64,000 bases of DNA, taken from contig JAWMAR010000043.1 in assembly GCA_036785375.1 (NCBI GenBank), forward strand, positions 3,224,001 through 3,288,000. The letters are read 5' to 3'. The DNA comes from Leucoraja ocellata. Taxonomy: Eukaryota. The notes beneath the pieces were generated by a model. It did no database searches and was not told the DNA's origin. It saw nothing but the letters and a program-made list of their open reading frames with translations. Positions 23,520-36,001 of this stretch are shown piece after piece (position 1 is the first letter of the stretch; the number at the start of each line of letters is the position of its first letter). The position numbers and the translations under genes were made by a program.

Positions 23520-24870
23520 CAAATTTGAATATGCAGGTAGATTGGGAAAATCAGGTTGGTTCAGGACCCCAAGAAAGAGAGTTTGTAGAGTGCCTACAAG
23601 ATGGATTCTTAGAGCAGCTTGGAGCCGACCAGAGAAAAGGCAATTCTTGATTTAGTGTTGTCCAATGAACCAGATTTGATAAGAGAGCTAGAGGTAAAGG
23701 AACCGTTTGGAGGTAGTGATCATAATATGACTAGTTTCAATCTGCAATTTGAGAAGGAGAAGGTTAAATCAGAAGTGTCACTGATGCAGTTGAACAAAGG
23801 GGACTATGAAGGCATGAGAGGGGAGCTGGCCAAGGTAGACTGGAAAGGGATCCTATCAGGAATGGCGGTGGAACAGCAATGGCAGGAATTTCTGGGCATA
23901 ATCCGGAAGATGCGGGATCATTTTATTCCAAAAAGGAAGAAAGATTCTAATGGGAGTACGAGGCTACCGTGGCTGACAAGAGAAGTTAGGGATAGAATAA
24001 AACTAAAATAAAAGATGTATAACACAGCAAAAGTGGCCGGAAGCCAGAGGATTGGAAAACTTTCACAGTATAACAGAAGGAAACAAAACGGGCAATACGG
24101 GCTGAAAAGATGAAGTACGAAGGGAAGCTGGCCAGGAATATAAAGAAGGACAGTAAAAGCTTCTTCAGCTAAGAATAGCAAAGTCAAATGTGGGTCCCTT
24201 GAAGGCAGACACGGGTGAAATTATTATGGGGAACAAGGAAATGGCAGAAGAATTGAACAGGTACTTCGGATCTGTCTTCACTAAGGAAGACACAAGCAAT
24301 CTCCCAGAAGTACTGGAGGACAGAGGATCTAAGGGGGTACAGGAACTGAAAGAAATGTTCATAAGGCGAGAAATCGTATTGGGTAGACTAATGGGACTGA
24401 AGGATGATAAATCCCCTGGGCCTGATGGTCTGCATCCCAGGGTCCTCGGTGAGGTGGCTCTAGAAATAGTGGACGCATTGATGATCATTTTTCAATGTTC
24501 AATAGATCCAGGATCAGTTCCTGTGGATTGGAGGATAGTTAATGTTATCCCACTTTTCAAGAAAGGAGCGAGAGAGAAAACGGGGAATTACAGACCAGTC
24601 AGCCTGACTTCGGTGGTGGGAAAGATGCTGGAGTCAATTATTAAAGAGGTAATAATGGGTCATTTGGATAGCAGTAAAAGGATTAGTTCAAGTCAACATG
24701 GATTTATGAAAGGGAAATCATGCTTGACTAATCTTTTGGAATTCTTTGAGGCTGTGACAAGTAAAATGGATGAAGGGGTGCCAATGGATGTAGTGTATCT
24801 AGTTCAGAAAGCCTTTGATAAGGTCCCGCACGGGAGACTGGTGACTAAAATTAGAGCACATGGTATTGGG
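23520..24870 (+). mobile_element. CR1 ORF2 internal fragment (endonuclease C-terminus to RT N-terminus)
   Basis: EPTREKAILDLVLSNE...GGSDHNM; KSPGPDGLHPRVL; PLFKKG...GNYRPVSLTSVVGKMLE; QHGFMKGKSCLTNLLEFF; KAFDKVPH. Several stops and frameshifts. Ends abruptly at RAHGIG. Confidence 0.96.
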
Positions 24871-25382
24871 CTCCAGTGCAGGCCCCGACTTCATCTTCGG
24901 GCTCGTCCCTGACCCCAGACCCAGGCTCGTCCTTGGTTCCAGCGGCGGCTTCTTTCTCGGCCTCGGTCATGGCCCCATCCCAAGCCCCGGGCTCAGCCCT
25001 CAATCCAGCTCCCGCACCACCCTCCCCACCGGGCACCGGCAGCCACCACCACTCCTCGTTCACCGCGAACGCTGGAGTGCCCCTACCTCCCAGAGTGTCC
25101 CATCCTGCCTTGCGAGTGCCTTGTGACGTCACTCAAAAATGCTGTCCCCGAAATGGGTGAGTCTTTGGGCTGTTTTTAATACTATAAACGATTATTAATC
25201 AGAAATATAGGTACAAATGCAACGGGAAGATGTTTATTGCTTCTACGGGAAAAATGTGAGTAGGATGTGCGAAAATGGGAAGGCTGTGGCCCAGCATTTG
25301 GAAGAAAATAGGAATTAACCAGATATTGACACACACACACACAGCCACAAACAGGACAAAGGCATTTAGTATTGTAGAGATT
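24871..25382 (+). mobile_element. GC-rich non-autonomous element remnant, possibly a Helentron/Helitron-like 3' end
   Basis: CpG-rich low-complexity segment, then (AC)n and a terminal GCATTTAGTATTGTAGAGATT. This layout recalls Helentron-derived elements. Class is a guess. Confidence 0.3.
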
Positions 25383-25676
25383 ACTGTTTGCCCCTTCTCT
25401 GGAGGTTTCATATTAAAGCATGTCCAAAGCATGCTGCAGTACAAATGCAAGTCTATTTTTCTCGTGTCCTTTTTATCACTGATTCTAATGCTGAGCCACC
25501 CAAGTTTGCAAGCACACAGCGCAGAGAGACCAGGCAGCAAAGGCAGCTGCAGGTATTGAGGTCACCTTAGAAAAATTATATTTACTTTTCCATCAGCATC
25601 CTTCTCAGCCCCTGTTCTTCATCCTTGCTCAATCCAGTCTGTATGTGACTTCAGATCCAACAAGACACAACAGTGT

Positions 25677-25801
25677 AGAGGAAGGAGCTGCAGATGCTGG
25701 TTTACATCGAAGATAGACACAAAATGCTGGAGTAATGTAGTGGGACTGGCAATATTTCTGGAGAGAAGGAATGGGTGATATTTTGGGTCAATGCCCTTCA
25801 G
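25677..25801 (-). mobile_element. PLE terminal-repeat insertion
   Basis: Same unit as 2669-2802. Flanking ACAACA(G/A)TGT at 25667-25676 and 25802-25811. Confidence 0.75.
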
Positions 25802-27478
25802 ACAACAATGTGCCCGACTCAGTTCAAAGGGTCAATTAGAAACAGACAATAAACATTAACCTTGCCAGCATCACTTTTTTGAATAAATAAAATTCTTTAC
25901 ATCGAGACGCTGTCTAATATCTTTCATTGATGGCACAGAAACTAACAACAAATAAGGCTACCATGAAGTTGATGATAATTCTTTGTTATGATTTAACTTT
26001 TACCATGTATACTGCCGATGAGCCCAACCCTAATCTAATGGTATAGTGTTTATTGAATTAAAGATTTCCATTTGTACGTTACCATTTGTAACCTCAGCAT
26101 ATCTCAAACCGTTTTATGGTTAATTACGTGTTTTTGAAGTGCATTTACTGTTTTAATTGAGAGAGCGTGATTTGATCTGATACCTTTCAAATATTTCATT
26201 TCTTTCTGATAAGCTTGCCATGTTTTCTGGAACAGTCAGCATTGTACCAGGGAGTGCAGTTTCAAAAGACAAATTGAGTTATTTGAAGCCGTTCTGATTT
26301 GTTAACATTCTCCAGCCAAATTTTGTTTTATCTTAGCATGAACCCGATGAGGCCTCTGTCAATTTACACTTTACTTTTCTTTATTTGTTGTTAATCTATC
26401 CTTTTGTAAAAACAGGAATTCACACTTCCATTGCAACAAGGCATCTGCTGTGTTAACTTCAGGTCCTCTGCTGCTTTAGTCGTTTACTTTGTGGCACTTT
26501 GTCTCAAAGTTGGGCTTTGAACATCAGGAGTGGTGTCAATATTTATTACAGGTTACTGTGTGCAACTCAATGATTCAGGAGCAGATAGAAGAGATGGAGG
26601 TTTCGGACTGTTTCGTTCCATCTATTTGAATGCTTTATCTAAGATTGCAAAGAGCCTCACACCCTCAAACAGGTAGTGTGCAAAATCTCTCAGGCTATTT
26701 TAGGCTCATTCTGTTCCTTTTATGATCTGATCTGCCAACAGAACTAGAATGTGGCCTGGAGCCAATGAAAGAGAACTGGGCTCTTATCTATCAGCATAGT
26801 CCAGCCCTGAATGAAAACAGGATAGTGGTAAAACCTTTGGGTAAAACTACTCAGTTATTAGATTTCAGAATACTTTAATCAGAGGTTATACAAAATCTTT
26901 GCTGAACATTGGAAAACTTTAGATAAAATTACTGAATTATATCTTTTAGCTACTTATGCTGCTGACAGTCATTGTCAACAAGTATACTTTGTCAATTTAA
27001 ATGATTGGGTTGTAATGCTGAATATACAAAGTAAATCTTCATTACCCTTACATACACTGTAAATGGCTCGATTGTACTCATGTGTTGTCTTTATGCTGAC
27101 TGGGTAGCATGCAACATAAGCTTTTCACTGTACCTCAGTAAACATGACAATAACCTAAACTGTAAACAAATTGAAAGCTCAAGTGATTTGACCTTGGGGT
27201 TTAGAGAATGTTGTTCCCTCAACTAATGGTGCACAGCTCAATGTATTGGTGCTTGTGGGATTCTGCTGATCACAACTAGTTACAGACAACAATTACATTA
27301 GCACTTTGTCATATCGAAAAGGACATGGGACAGTTTTGAAGGAAGCGATAAAGAGCTTTATAGGTTGAGGCCTATTATTGGATGAATTGGGGAAATGAGC
27401 AAAAAGTTATAGGTACAAAGAGGATTTTCTTTCAGTGCAGCAGCTTATTGTGATCTTGAAGGCACTGCCTGAATGACT

Positions 27479-27781
27479 GGTGGAGTGGCAGTGTCGCAGC
27501 GTCAAATTGCTGCCTTCGTGCCAGAGACCGTGTTCGATCCTGACCACAGGTGCTGTCTGCCCAGATTTTGTTCATTCTCCCTGTGACGTCATGGGTTTCC
27601 CCCCCCCCCAGGGTGCTCCGGTTTCCTACCACATTCCAAAGGCGTTCATGTTTGTAGGTTACTTGGCTTCTGTAAATGATTCTAAGTGTGTATGGTAGAG
27701 CTAGTGTTTACAGGTGATCGCTGGTCGGCGCAGACTTGGTGGGCCGAAGGGCCAGTTTCCACGCTGTATCGCTAAACTAAA
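27479..27781 (+). mobile_element. HE1-type V-SINE
   Basis: Head with GTTCGATCC, V-domain GGGTGCTCCGGTTTCCTACCACA, tail GGGCCGAAGGGCCAGTTTCCACGCTGTAT(CTAAA)n. Confidence 0.88.
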
Positions 27782-28061
27782 TATGAAAGTTGTCTTTATT
27801 CATCAGCATGAATAAGTAGGACAGGCAGCATCTCTGGAGACAAGGAATGGGTGAACTTTGTCAGACTAAGTAGGAAAGTGTCAGCAACATTCCAGCATAC
27901 TCATCTCCATTCATTTCCAATTATATCAATGACTCCATGATGATCAGCAGCCAGGCATATTCTAAAGGCTGACATTTAACTAATGATAACAACAGATGAT
28001 CAACTCATTCGGTTCAGTGCACTCTTTCGTCCTCATGAAGTTCTCTAGGTTGGGTCAGTTC

Positions 28062-28085
28062 TTAAATCTCTTGCAAGAGATTTAA
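28062..28085. repeat. Perfect 24-bp palindrome
   Basis: TTAAATCTCTTG|CAAGAGATTTAA. Confidence 0.95.
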
Positions 28086-29229
28086 TTTAAAAAATATTGC
28101 TGGTCTGGATCCAGTTATTCTCGAGTGCGGGACCACGATGTAAATCATTGCATAATGGAGGGGTAATTGAGAAAAAAAAAAATTGACAGCTCCATTCAGA
28201 AATGACAGAGTACAGCTGCGGTCAGGAAATATAAATGTTGCGTTAATGCAGGAAAGGAAACTCTTGAGGTTGCAAGTCAGTGCTTATTTGCCAGGAGTGC
28301 AGGGAAAGAGCATTAGTTTTCATCAGCTTGTGCCTTGCCTGATGTGGGAGTGCTTGATCCTGACACTCAATGACAAAAGTGAGAGAGAGTGTTCCATGCC
28401 TTAGCTTTGACATTCTACTCTTTGATCCACACACAAACAACCAAAACTTGTAAATGGATATTATACAGCAGACATATCCTCCCCACAGGGGTTTCAGTCG
28501 TACAGTAGTTACATTGTTTTATTTGCGTGACATGGAGGATTAGGGGGAGATTTTTAATTTAGATAAAACCTGGGACAGGAGTGAATCACGGTTGACAGAT
28601 CCATTAAAAAAAAGGGAAAAAACGCATTGGAGAGGCACAGAATCTAGATAAGGGTTTGCTGTGATCACCCGAATAAATTATACGAAAGGTTCAGGTGCAG
28701 GAGCCTTTTCAGTTCATTGTTCTTCAGCCATTTAGAATAAATAACCGAAAGACCCCGCAACATATCATTTAACTTGCTCAAAACAATCCACTTTGACCTC
28801 TGTAACCCGACCAGGGCCACCATTATGATCACTTACTGCTCAAGGAAATACCTCCTCACGCCTCTGATACAATTCTCCCAAAATTTCAAACTAATCCTTT
28901 ATCATACCGCAGTACCTTAAAGAATTTTCAGGATCAATGTCAGCAATACAGATATCCAATTCCATTCTACAATTTCCCCACTCAACTTCCTAAAGATGAT
29001 TACTGCAATTACTTGAAGCAGAGGAAAACTGCACCTGGAATATTATGTAGAGGACTGGTCTTCCCAATTAAGCAAAGAGGAACCTGTCAAGTCAGGTTTC
29101 TTGTCATATGAACACATTTGATGAGGTATATATAATGAAAATGTTACTTGCTGCACCATTACAGGCACATGGACTCAGACAATGCACAAAACATAAATTA
29201 TACATAGAAATTAGACAGTGAAAATTGCT

Positions 29230-29880
29230 GTCTAACCAATGTTTGTAAATGTCCCAACTTTGTAATCTATGGCCTGACCTATGAAGGCAAGCACACTATA
29301 TATCTTCTTTGTCCTGTGTAGTACTTTAATCAAACATTGGACTTTGACCTCCAGGTCTTCCTTGATGCCCTACCATTTTCTGTATTTCTAGCCATATTTG
29401 ACTTCTCAAAATTCATCACCTTGCACTTGTCAGGAATAAATTTCATCTGACAACACTTTGCCCATCTTTTCAACTGATCTGCATTTTATACTGCTATAGC
29501 CTTCCTCACCATCCACAGCACCACCAATGTTTATGTCATCAGCAAACTTAATCACACTTGGTACATTCACATCCAAGTTGTTAATATATCCCAAACAGCA
29601 AAGGTCTCAGCACTGATCACTGTGCAAAACACTAGTCACAGAATGAAAAAAAAAAACATCCTTTTACCAGCTTATCTGTTTTGGATCCCAACAAGGAGCT
29701 CATTTTGGATCCCATGTGCCTTAGCCTTCGAGCCCAGCCTACCATGCAGAACTTTGCCCAAGGCCTTACTAAAGTCGATTTAGTCAACATGTGCCACAGT
29801 GCCTTCATCAGGCAACAAGGTTACCTCCATAGAAAACTCATGCAAATTAGACAGAATTTCCTCCTCAGAGCCATGCCGAC
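29230..29880 (-). mobile_element. Old CR1 RT fragment
   Basis: Reverse strand shows decayed SKALGKV, VTSVLHSDQC, KFADDINIGG and QMKFIPDKCKVMNF motifs. Confidence 0.75.
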
Positions 29881-29884
29881 GATC

Positions 29885-31612
29885 ATATAACCATATAACA
29901 ATTACAGCACGGAAACAGGCCATCTCGACCCTTCTAGTCCATGCCGAACACGTATTTTCCCCTAGTCCCATACACCTGCTTTCAGAACATAACCCTCCAT
30001 TCCTTTCCCGTCCATATAACTATCCAATTCATTTTTAAATGATAAAAACGAACTTGCCTCCACCACCTTCACTGGAAGCTCATTCCACACAGCCACCACT
30101 CGCCAAGATGTAGCACCTCACACTTATCATCATTAAACTCCATCTGCCATCTTTCAGCCCACTCTTCCAACTGGCATAAATCTCTCTGTAGACTATGAAA
30201 ATCTACTTCATTATCCACAACACCCCCTATCTTGGTATCATCTGCATACTTACTAATCCAATTTACCACACCATCATCCAGATCATTGATGTACATGACA
30301 AACAACAAAGGACCCAACACAGATCCCTGTGGCACCCCACTAGTCACTGGCCTCCAACCTGACAAACAACCATCCACCATTACTCTCTGGCATCTCCCAT
30401 TCAGCCACTGTTGAATCCATCTTGCTACTCCACCATTAATACCCAACCATTGAACCTTCTTAACCAAACTTCCGTGAGGAACCTTGTCAAAGGCCTTACT
30501 GAAGTCCATATATACAACATCCACTGCTTTACCCTCATCAATTTCCCGAGTAACCTCTTCAAAAAATTCAAGAAGATTAGTCAAACATGACCTTCCAGGC
30601 ACAAATCCATGTTGACTGTTCCTAATCAGACCCTGTTTATCCAGATGCTTATATATTATCTCTAAGTATCCTTTCCATTAATTTTCCCACCACTGACGTC
30701 AAACTAACAGGTCTATAATTGCTAGGTTTGCTCTTAGACCCCTTTTTAAACAATGGAACAACATGTGCAGTACGCCAATCCTCCGGCACTATTCCCGTTT
30801 CTAATGACATTTGAAATATTTCGGTCATAGCCCCTGCTATTTCTACACTAACTTCCCTCAATGTCCTAGGGAATATCCTGTCCGGACCTGGAGACTTATC
30901 CACTTTTATATTTCTCAAAAGTGTCAATACTTCCTCTTCTTTGATCCTCATAGTTTCCATAGCTACTCTACTTGTTTCCCTTACCTCACATAATTCAATA
31001 TCCTTCTCCTTGGTGAATACCGAAGAAAATAAATTGTTCAATATCTCCCCCATCTCTTTTGGCTCTGCAGATAACTGTCCACTCTGACTCTCTAATGGGC
31101 CAACTTTATCCCTTGTTATCCTTTTGCTATTAATATAGCTGTAGAAACCCTTTGGATTTACTTTCACCTACTTGCCAAAGCAACCTCATATCTTCTTTTA
31201 GCTTTTCTAATTTCTTTCTTAAGATTCTTTTTACATTCTTTATATTCCTCAAGCACCTCATTTACTCCATGCTGCCTATAATTATTGTAGATCTCTCTCT
31301 TTTTCCGAACCAAGTGTCCAATATCCCTTGAAAACCATGGCTCTTTCCAATTTTTACTGTTTCCTTTCAACCTAACAGGGACATAAAGATTCTGTACTCT
31401 TAAAATTTCACCTTTAAATGCCCTCCATTTCTCTTCCACATCTTTCCCATAAAACAAACTGTCCCAATTTACTCCTTTTAAATCATTTTGCATCTCCTCA
31501 AAGTTAGCCTTTCTCCAATCAAAAATCTTAACCCTAGGTCCAGTTCTGACCCTATCCATAATTATATTGAAACTAATGGTATTGTGATCACTGGTCCCGA
31601 ACTGTTCCCCAT
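29885..31612 (-). mobile_element. CR1 ((TATGGTTA)n subfamily), 5'-truncated, with an internal deletion at about 30100
   Basis: ORFs 31164-31682, 30649-31167 and 30069-30602 give EN end, tether and RT (GVPQGSVLGP, KYADD). CEVLHLG is joined directly to the WNELP region and 3' tail. Confidence 0.97.
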
Positions 31613-31699
31613 CACTGATCAGTCTCTCCCAAAGGTTTATAATTCCACCGCGTAGAATTTTCTCCAATGATTTTTCTACCACCGACAGGCAGTTCAGTC

Positions 31700-32015
31700 C
31701 ACTATGTATGCCAAACTATGTCTGCCAGTCCACTGAACATGATGCCAAACTAATCTCTGCTTACCTGTAATCCATACTCTCCGTTGCCTCCAAATGCATG
31801 AGCCTGTTGAAAAGCCTCTTAAACACAACTATCATATCTGCCTCCACCATCACCTTTGGCAGCATGTTCCTGGCACCCAATATTCTCTATTTGACCTTGT
31901 CCTGCTCATTTCCTTTAAACATTATCCATCTCATCTTAACTTTATGTCCTCTAATAATTGGCAAGTTCACCTTGGGCCAAAGGTACTGCTGTCTCCCCAA
32001 ACTATGCCATTAATA
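31700..32015 (-). mobile_element. Old CR1 3' fragment
   Basis: Decayed IRGHKVKMR...WNMLPKVMVEAD...FKRLF and UTR on the reverse strand. Confidence 0.65.
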
Positions 32016-32506
32016 TCCTAGCCTTACAATAAACAATACACATATTCTAGGCCCTAATGTTCTTCAACATTTGATATAACCTTTGACAAAGTAATTAAAT
32101 ATGTACAGTTTACTTTTCTCTGTGAATTTTCCCCATTTAAAACATTTTCTGACTCATGCTTGTTGGCCGGTGTTGTGCTCAGACATCGACAAATGTAATT
32201 GGCATTGCGAGTAGCAAGTTATACACCAAATACTAGATGGTGTTTTTGAAAATTTCCAGTCATGGGAATTCACATGATGATAAACACAAGATGACAAGAC
32301 TTTCGTAGAAATTTGAAGTATTTTGCTGTTATTCCGATACTTGATGTTCCCAAAATAACAATGTTCCATGAAGACATTTGACCTATTGCATCATAATAGA
32401 ACAAATCCATTTGGAGAACAACAATTTTTATTAAGCTTAGAAATGTTAATAATGTCAACTCATAGAAAAACAGATTTCAAATAAACTAGTTTGCTAGTTA
32501 TTATTA

Positions 32507-33989
32507 GAAACGGGAATAGTCCCCGAGGATTGGCATACTGCGCATGTTGTTCCATTGTTTAAAAAGGGTTCTAAGAGTAAACCTAGCAATTATAGACCTG
32601 TTAGTTTGACTTCAGTGGTGGGCAAATTAATGGAAAAGATACTTAGAGATAATATATATAAGCATATGGATAAACAGGATCTGATTAGGAACAGTCAACA
32701 TGGATTTGTGCCTGGAAGGTCATGTTTGACTAATCTTCTTGAGTTTTTTGAAGAGGTTACTAGGGAAATTGACTAAGGTAAAGCAGTGGATGTTGTCTAT
32801 ATGGACTTCAGTAAGACCTTTGACAAGGTTCCTCATGGAAGGTTGGTTAAGAAGGTTCAACTGTTGGGTATAAATGCAGGAATAGCAAGATGGATTCAAC
32901 TGTGGCTGAATGGGAGAAGCCAGAGGGTAATGGTGGATGGCTGTTTGTCGGGTTGGAGGCAGGTGACTAGTGGGGTGCCTCAGGGATCTGTGTTGGGTCC
33001 TTTGTTGTTTGTCATGTACATCAATGATCTGGATGAAGGTGTGGTAAATTGGATTAGTAAGTATGCAGATGATACCAAGATAGGGGGTGTTGTGGATAAT
33101 GAAGAGGATTTCCAAAGTCTACAGAGTGATTTAGGCCATTTGGAAAAATGGGCTGAAAGATGGCAGATGGAGTTTAATGCTGATAAATGTGAGGTGCTAC
33201 ATCTTGGCAGGACAAATCAAAATAGGACGTACATGGTAAATGGTAGGGAATTGAAGAATAAAGTTGAACAGAGGGATCTGGGAATAACCATGCATAGTTC
33301 CTTGAAGGTGGAATCTCATATAGATAGGGTAGTAAAGAAAGCTTTTGGTATGCTAGCCTTTATAAATCAGAGCATTGAGTGTAGAAGCTGGGATGTAATG
33401 TTAAAATTGTACAAGGCATTGGTGAGACCAAATCTGGAGTATGGTGTACAATTTTGGTCGCCCAATTATAGGAAGGATGTCAACAAAATAGAGAGAGTAC
33501 AGAGGAGATTTACTAGAATGTTGCCTGGGTTTCAACAACTAAGTTACAGAGATAGGTTGAATAAGTTAGGTCTTTATTCTCTGGAGCACAGAAGGTTAAG
33601 GGGGGACTTGATAGAGGTCTTTAAAATGATGAGAGGGATAGACAGAGTTGATGTGGGCAAGCTTTTCCCTTTGAGAATAGGGAAGATTCAAACAAGAGGA
33701 CATGACTTCAGAATTAAGGGACAGAAGTTTAGGGGTAACATGAGGGGGAACTTCTTTACTCAGAGAGTGGTAGCGATGTGGAATGAGCTTCCAGTGGAAG
33801 TGGTGGCGGCAGGTTCGTTGGTATAATTTAAAAATAAATTGGATAGGCATATGGATGAGAAGGGAATGGAGGGTTATGGTATGAGTGCAGGCAGGTGGGA
33901 CTAAAGGAAAAAAGTTGTTCGGCACGGACGTGTAGGGCCGAGATAGCCTGTTTCCGTGCTGTAATTGTTATATGGTTATATGTTACATG
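32507..33989 (+). mobile_element. Young CR1, 5'-truncated, with a nearly intact RT domain
   Basis: ORFs 32555-32776 and 32786-33826 (NYRPVSLTS, QHGF, GVPQGSVLGP, KYADD, VRPNLEY), two stops, TATGGTTA tail. GTTATTATTA duplicated at 32497-32506 and 33990-33999. Confidence 0.98.
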
Positions 33990-33990
33990 G

Positions 33991-34019
<29 letters not shown>
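33991..34019. repeat. (TAT)n microsatellite
   Basis: Pure run directly after the CR1 tail. Confidence 0.95.
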
Positions 34020-34022
<3 letters not shown>

Positions 34023-34479
34023 AGATGCTCAGTGTTTTATTTGGGCTGTATACATATAGTTCTGGTCACCCCATTCCAGGAAGGATGTGGACAGTGCAGA
34101 TGTGGTTTATCAGAATCACATCCGGATTAGGAATATTAGCTCCAGGAAGAGGTTGCACAGACGGTTTTCTCTGCAATGACGAAAGTATACAAAATTAGAG
34201 GTGTGGAAAGGATAGAGTCAGAATCATTTTCTAAGGATGGAAACATCAAATACTAGAAAGCATAGCTTTAAGGTGGGTAGGGCAAAGTTTAAAGAAAGGG
34301 TGAAGGGCAAGTTTTGCTTTGTTTTATTCCAGAAAAAAACAATCATTCTATGTCCAACCTCTCCCTGTAGCTAACACCCTCTAATTCAGGCAACATTCTG
34401 GTAAACCACCTCTGCACCCTTCCAAAACCTCCACATCCTTCTTGTAACGGGGCAATGAGAACTGGGACAGAATCAGGCT

Positions 34480-34745
34480 CGGTGGCACTGTGGTAGAGTT
34501 GCTGCCTTACAATGCCAGAGACCCCAGTTCGATCGTAACTAAGAGTGCTTGTCTGTATGGAGTTTGTACGTTCTCCCCATCACCTGCGTGGGTTTTTTCT
34601 GGTTTCCTCACACACTCAAGACTTGCAGATTTGTACGTTAACTGGCTTGGTACAATTGTAAATTGTCCCTGGTTTGCGGAGGACAGTGATTGTATGCAGG
34701 GATCGCTGATCGACAGGCCTGTTTCCATGCTGCATCTCCAAGTTA
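34480..34745 (+). mobile_element. HE1-type V-SINE within an old minus-strand CR1 (about 34360-34930)
   Basis: GGTAGAGTTGCTGCCTTACA head and GGAGTTTGTACGTTCTCCCC V-domain. Flanks translate on the minus strand to KKTYGILAF...IYKTLVRPHLEY. Confidence 0.85.
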
Positions 34746-36001
34746 AATGCACACGATATTCTAAATGTGGCCTTACCAATGTCTTATAAATCTGCATCAT
34801 GACATCCTGACTCGAATGCTCAATGCTGTGACCTGTGAAGGCAAGTATACCATATGTCTTCTTTACATTATGTACTTGTGTTGCCACTTTCAGGCAGCTG
34901 TGGACCTGGACCCCAAAGTCACTCTCCATTGAAGTTGAGACAGCAGTGCAGGATATTTTGTTCATGTCTTTCATTGTTTAATTTTTCTAGTGACCAGAAT
35001 TTTGATTATATCTTTATTCCAGATTCTATATTTGCACAAAGGAGACTCAAAATGCCCCCAAAGTGTATGATGGTCAACTTGTTGTGGTGGAGTTCATGGC
35101 CCCAAAAGAGCTCCTGAGAAAATTTTTCAGTCTCAAGATGATATCCGAAATGTGCAGAGTGCATTAAAATACTCAGTTATTTTCATTAATGGGATTACCA
35201 TAACCATCAAGGTCACAGCAGCAACTGAAGTGTGTAAAACCTCTTCCCAGATAGCCTGCAAAGATTGATTGATTGAACATATCACATTGCAGGCAACAGA
35301 TCCCAGCTTGCTCACATGAGAAACAACATTAGTATTTGTTTCACCCTGAACAAAAGGAACACAACTTGATACTTAGTGGTAATTTTATGTGATACAATGT
35401 GTATTGAATTTACTGACTTTAGTTTAGACTATACAGTTTCCCAACCGTCTAAGTAAATTTATCTTCATTACCCAATTTGGCTTAGATCTGAATCACAGTA
35501 ATATGGTTGAATTGCCCCAGCAAATTATTGAAAAATTATATGAGAAATGACATGACTGTGGGATTGCACTGCAGGACTACCATCACCATGTGGATTTCAG
35601 GATGCATTGATTTCTACTGCATACACGTGATGATAGGCAATAAAAGCTGACCTTTCCAGCAATTCTAACATCCTGTGCTTGACTGAAAGAAAATAAAATT
35701 GGTGTAACTATTCAGAGCAGAGTTAAAGAACTCGTGGGATACCACATTTCCAGAGGAGTAGCTGAACTGTCCTGAGCTAACCAAAGAAACGAACTTCAGA
35801 GGGAAAGAAATTACAAAGGTTGACCATTAAAGACAGTGAGTGTAGCACCAACAATCGTGCTGAATATTGATTGTCCCAGTGGCTTAAATGGTTAAACAAA
35901 AAAACATGAAACTTATAGCCATCAGATAAACTGCAAAATTAATCCGGAATATCTCTTTAGTTTTCAAATTACATGGTTTACATAGAACATGTACAGGTCT
36001 T

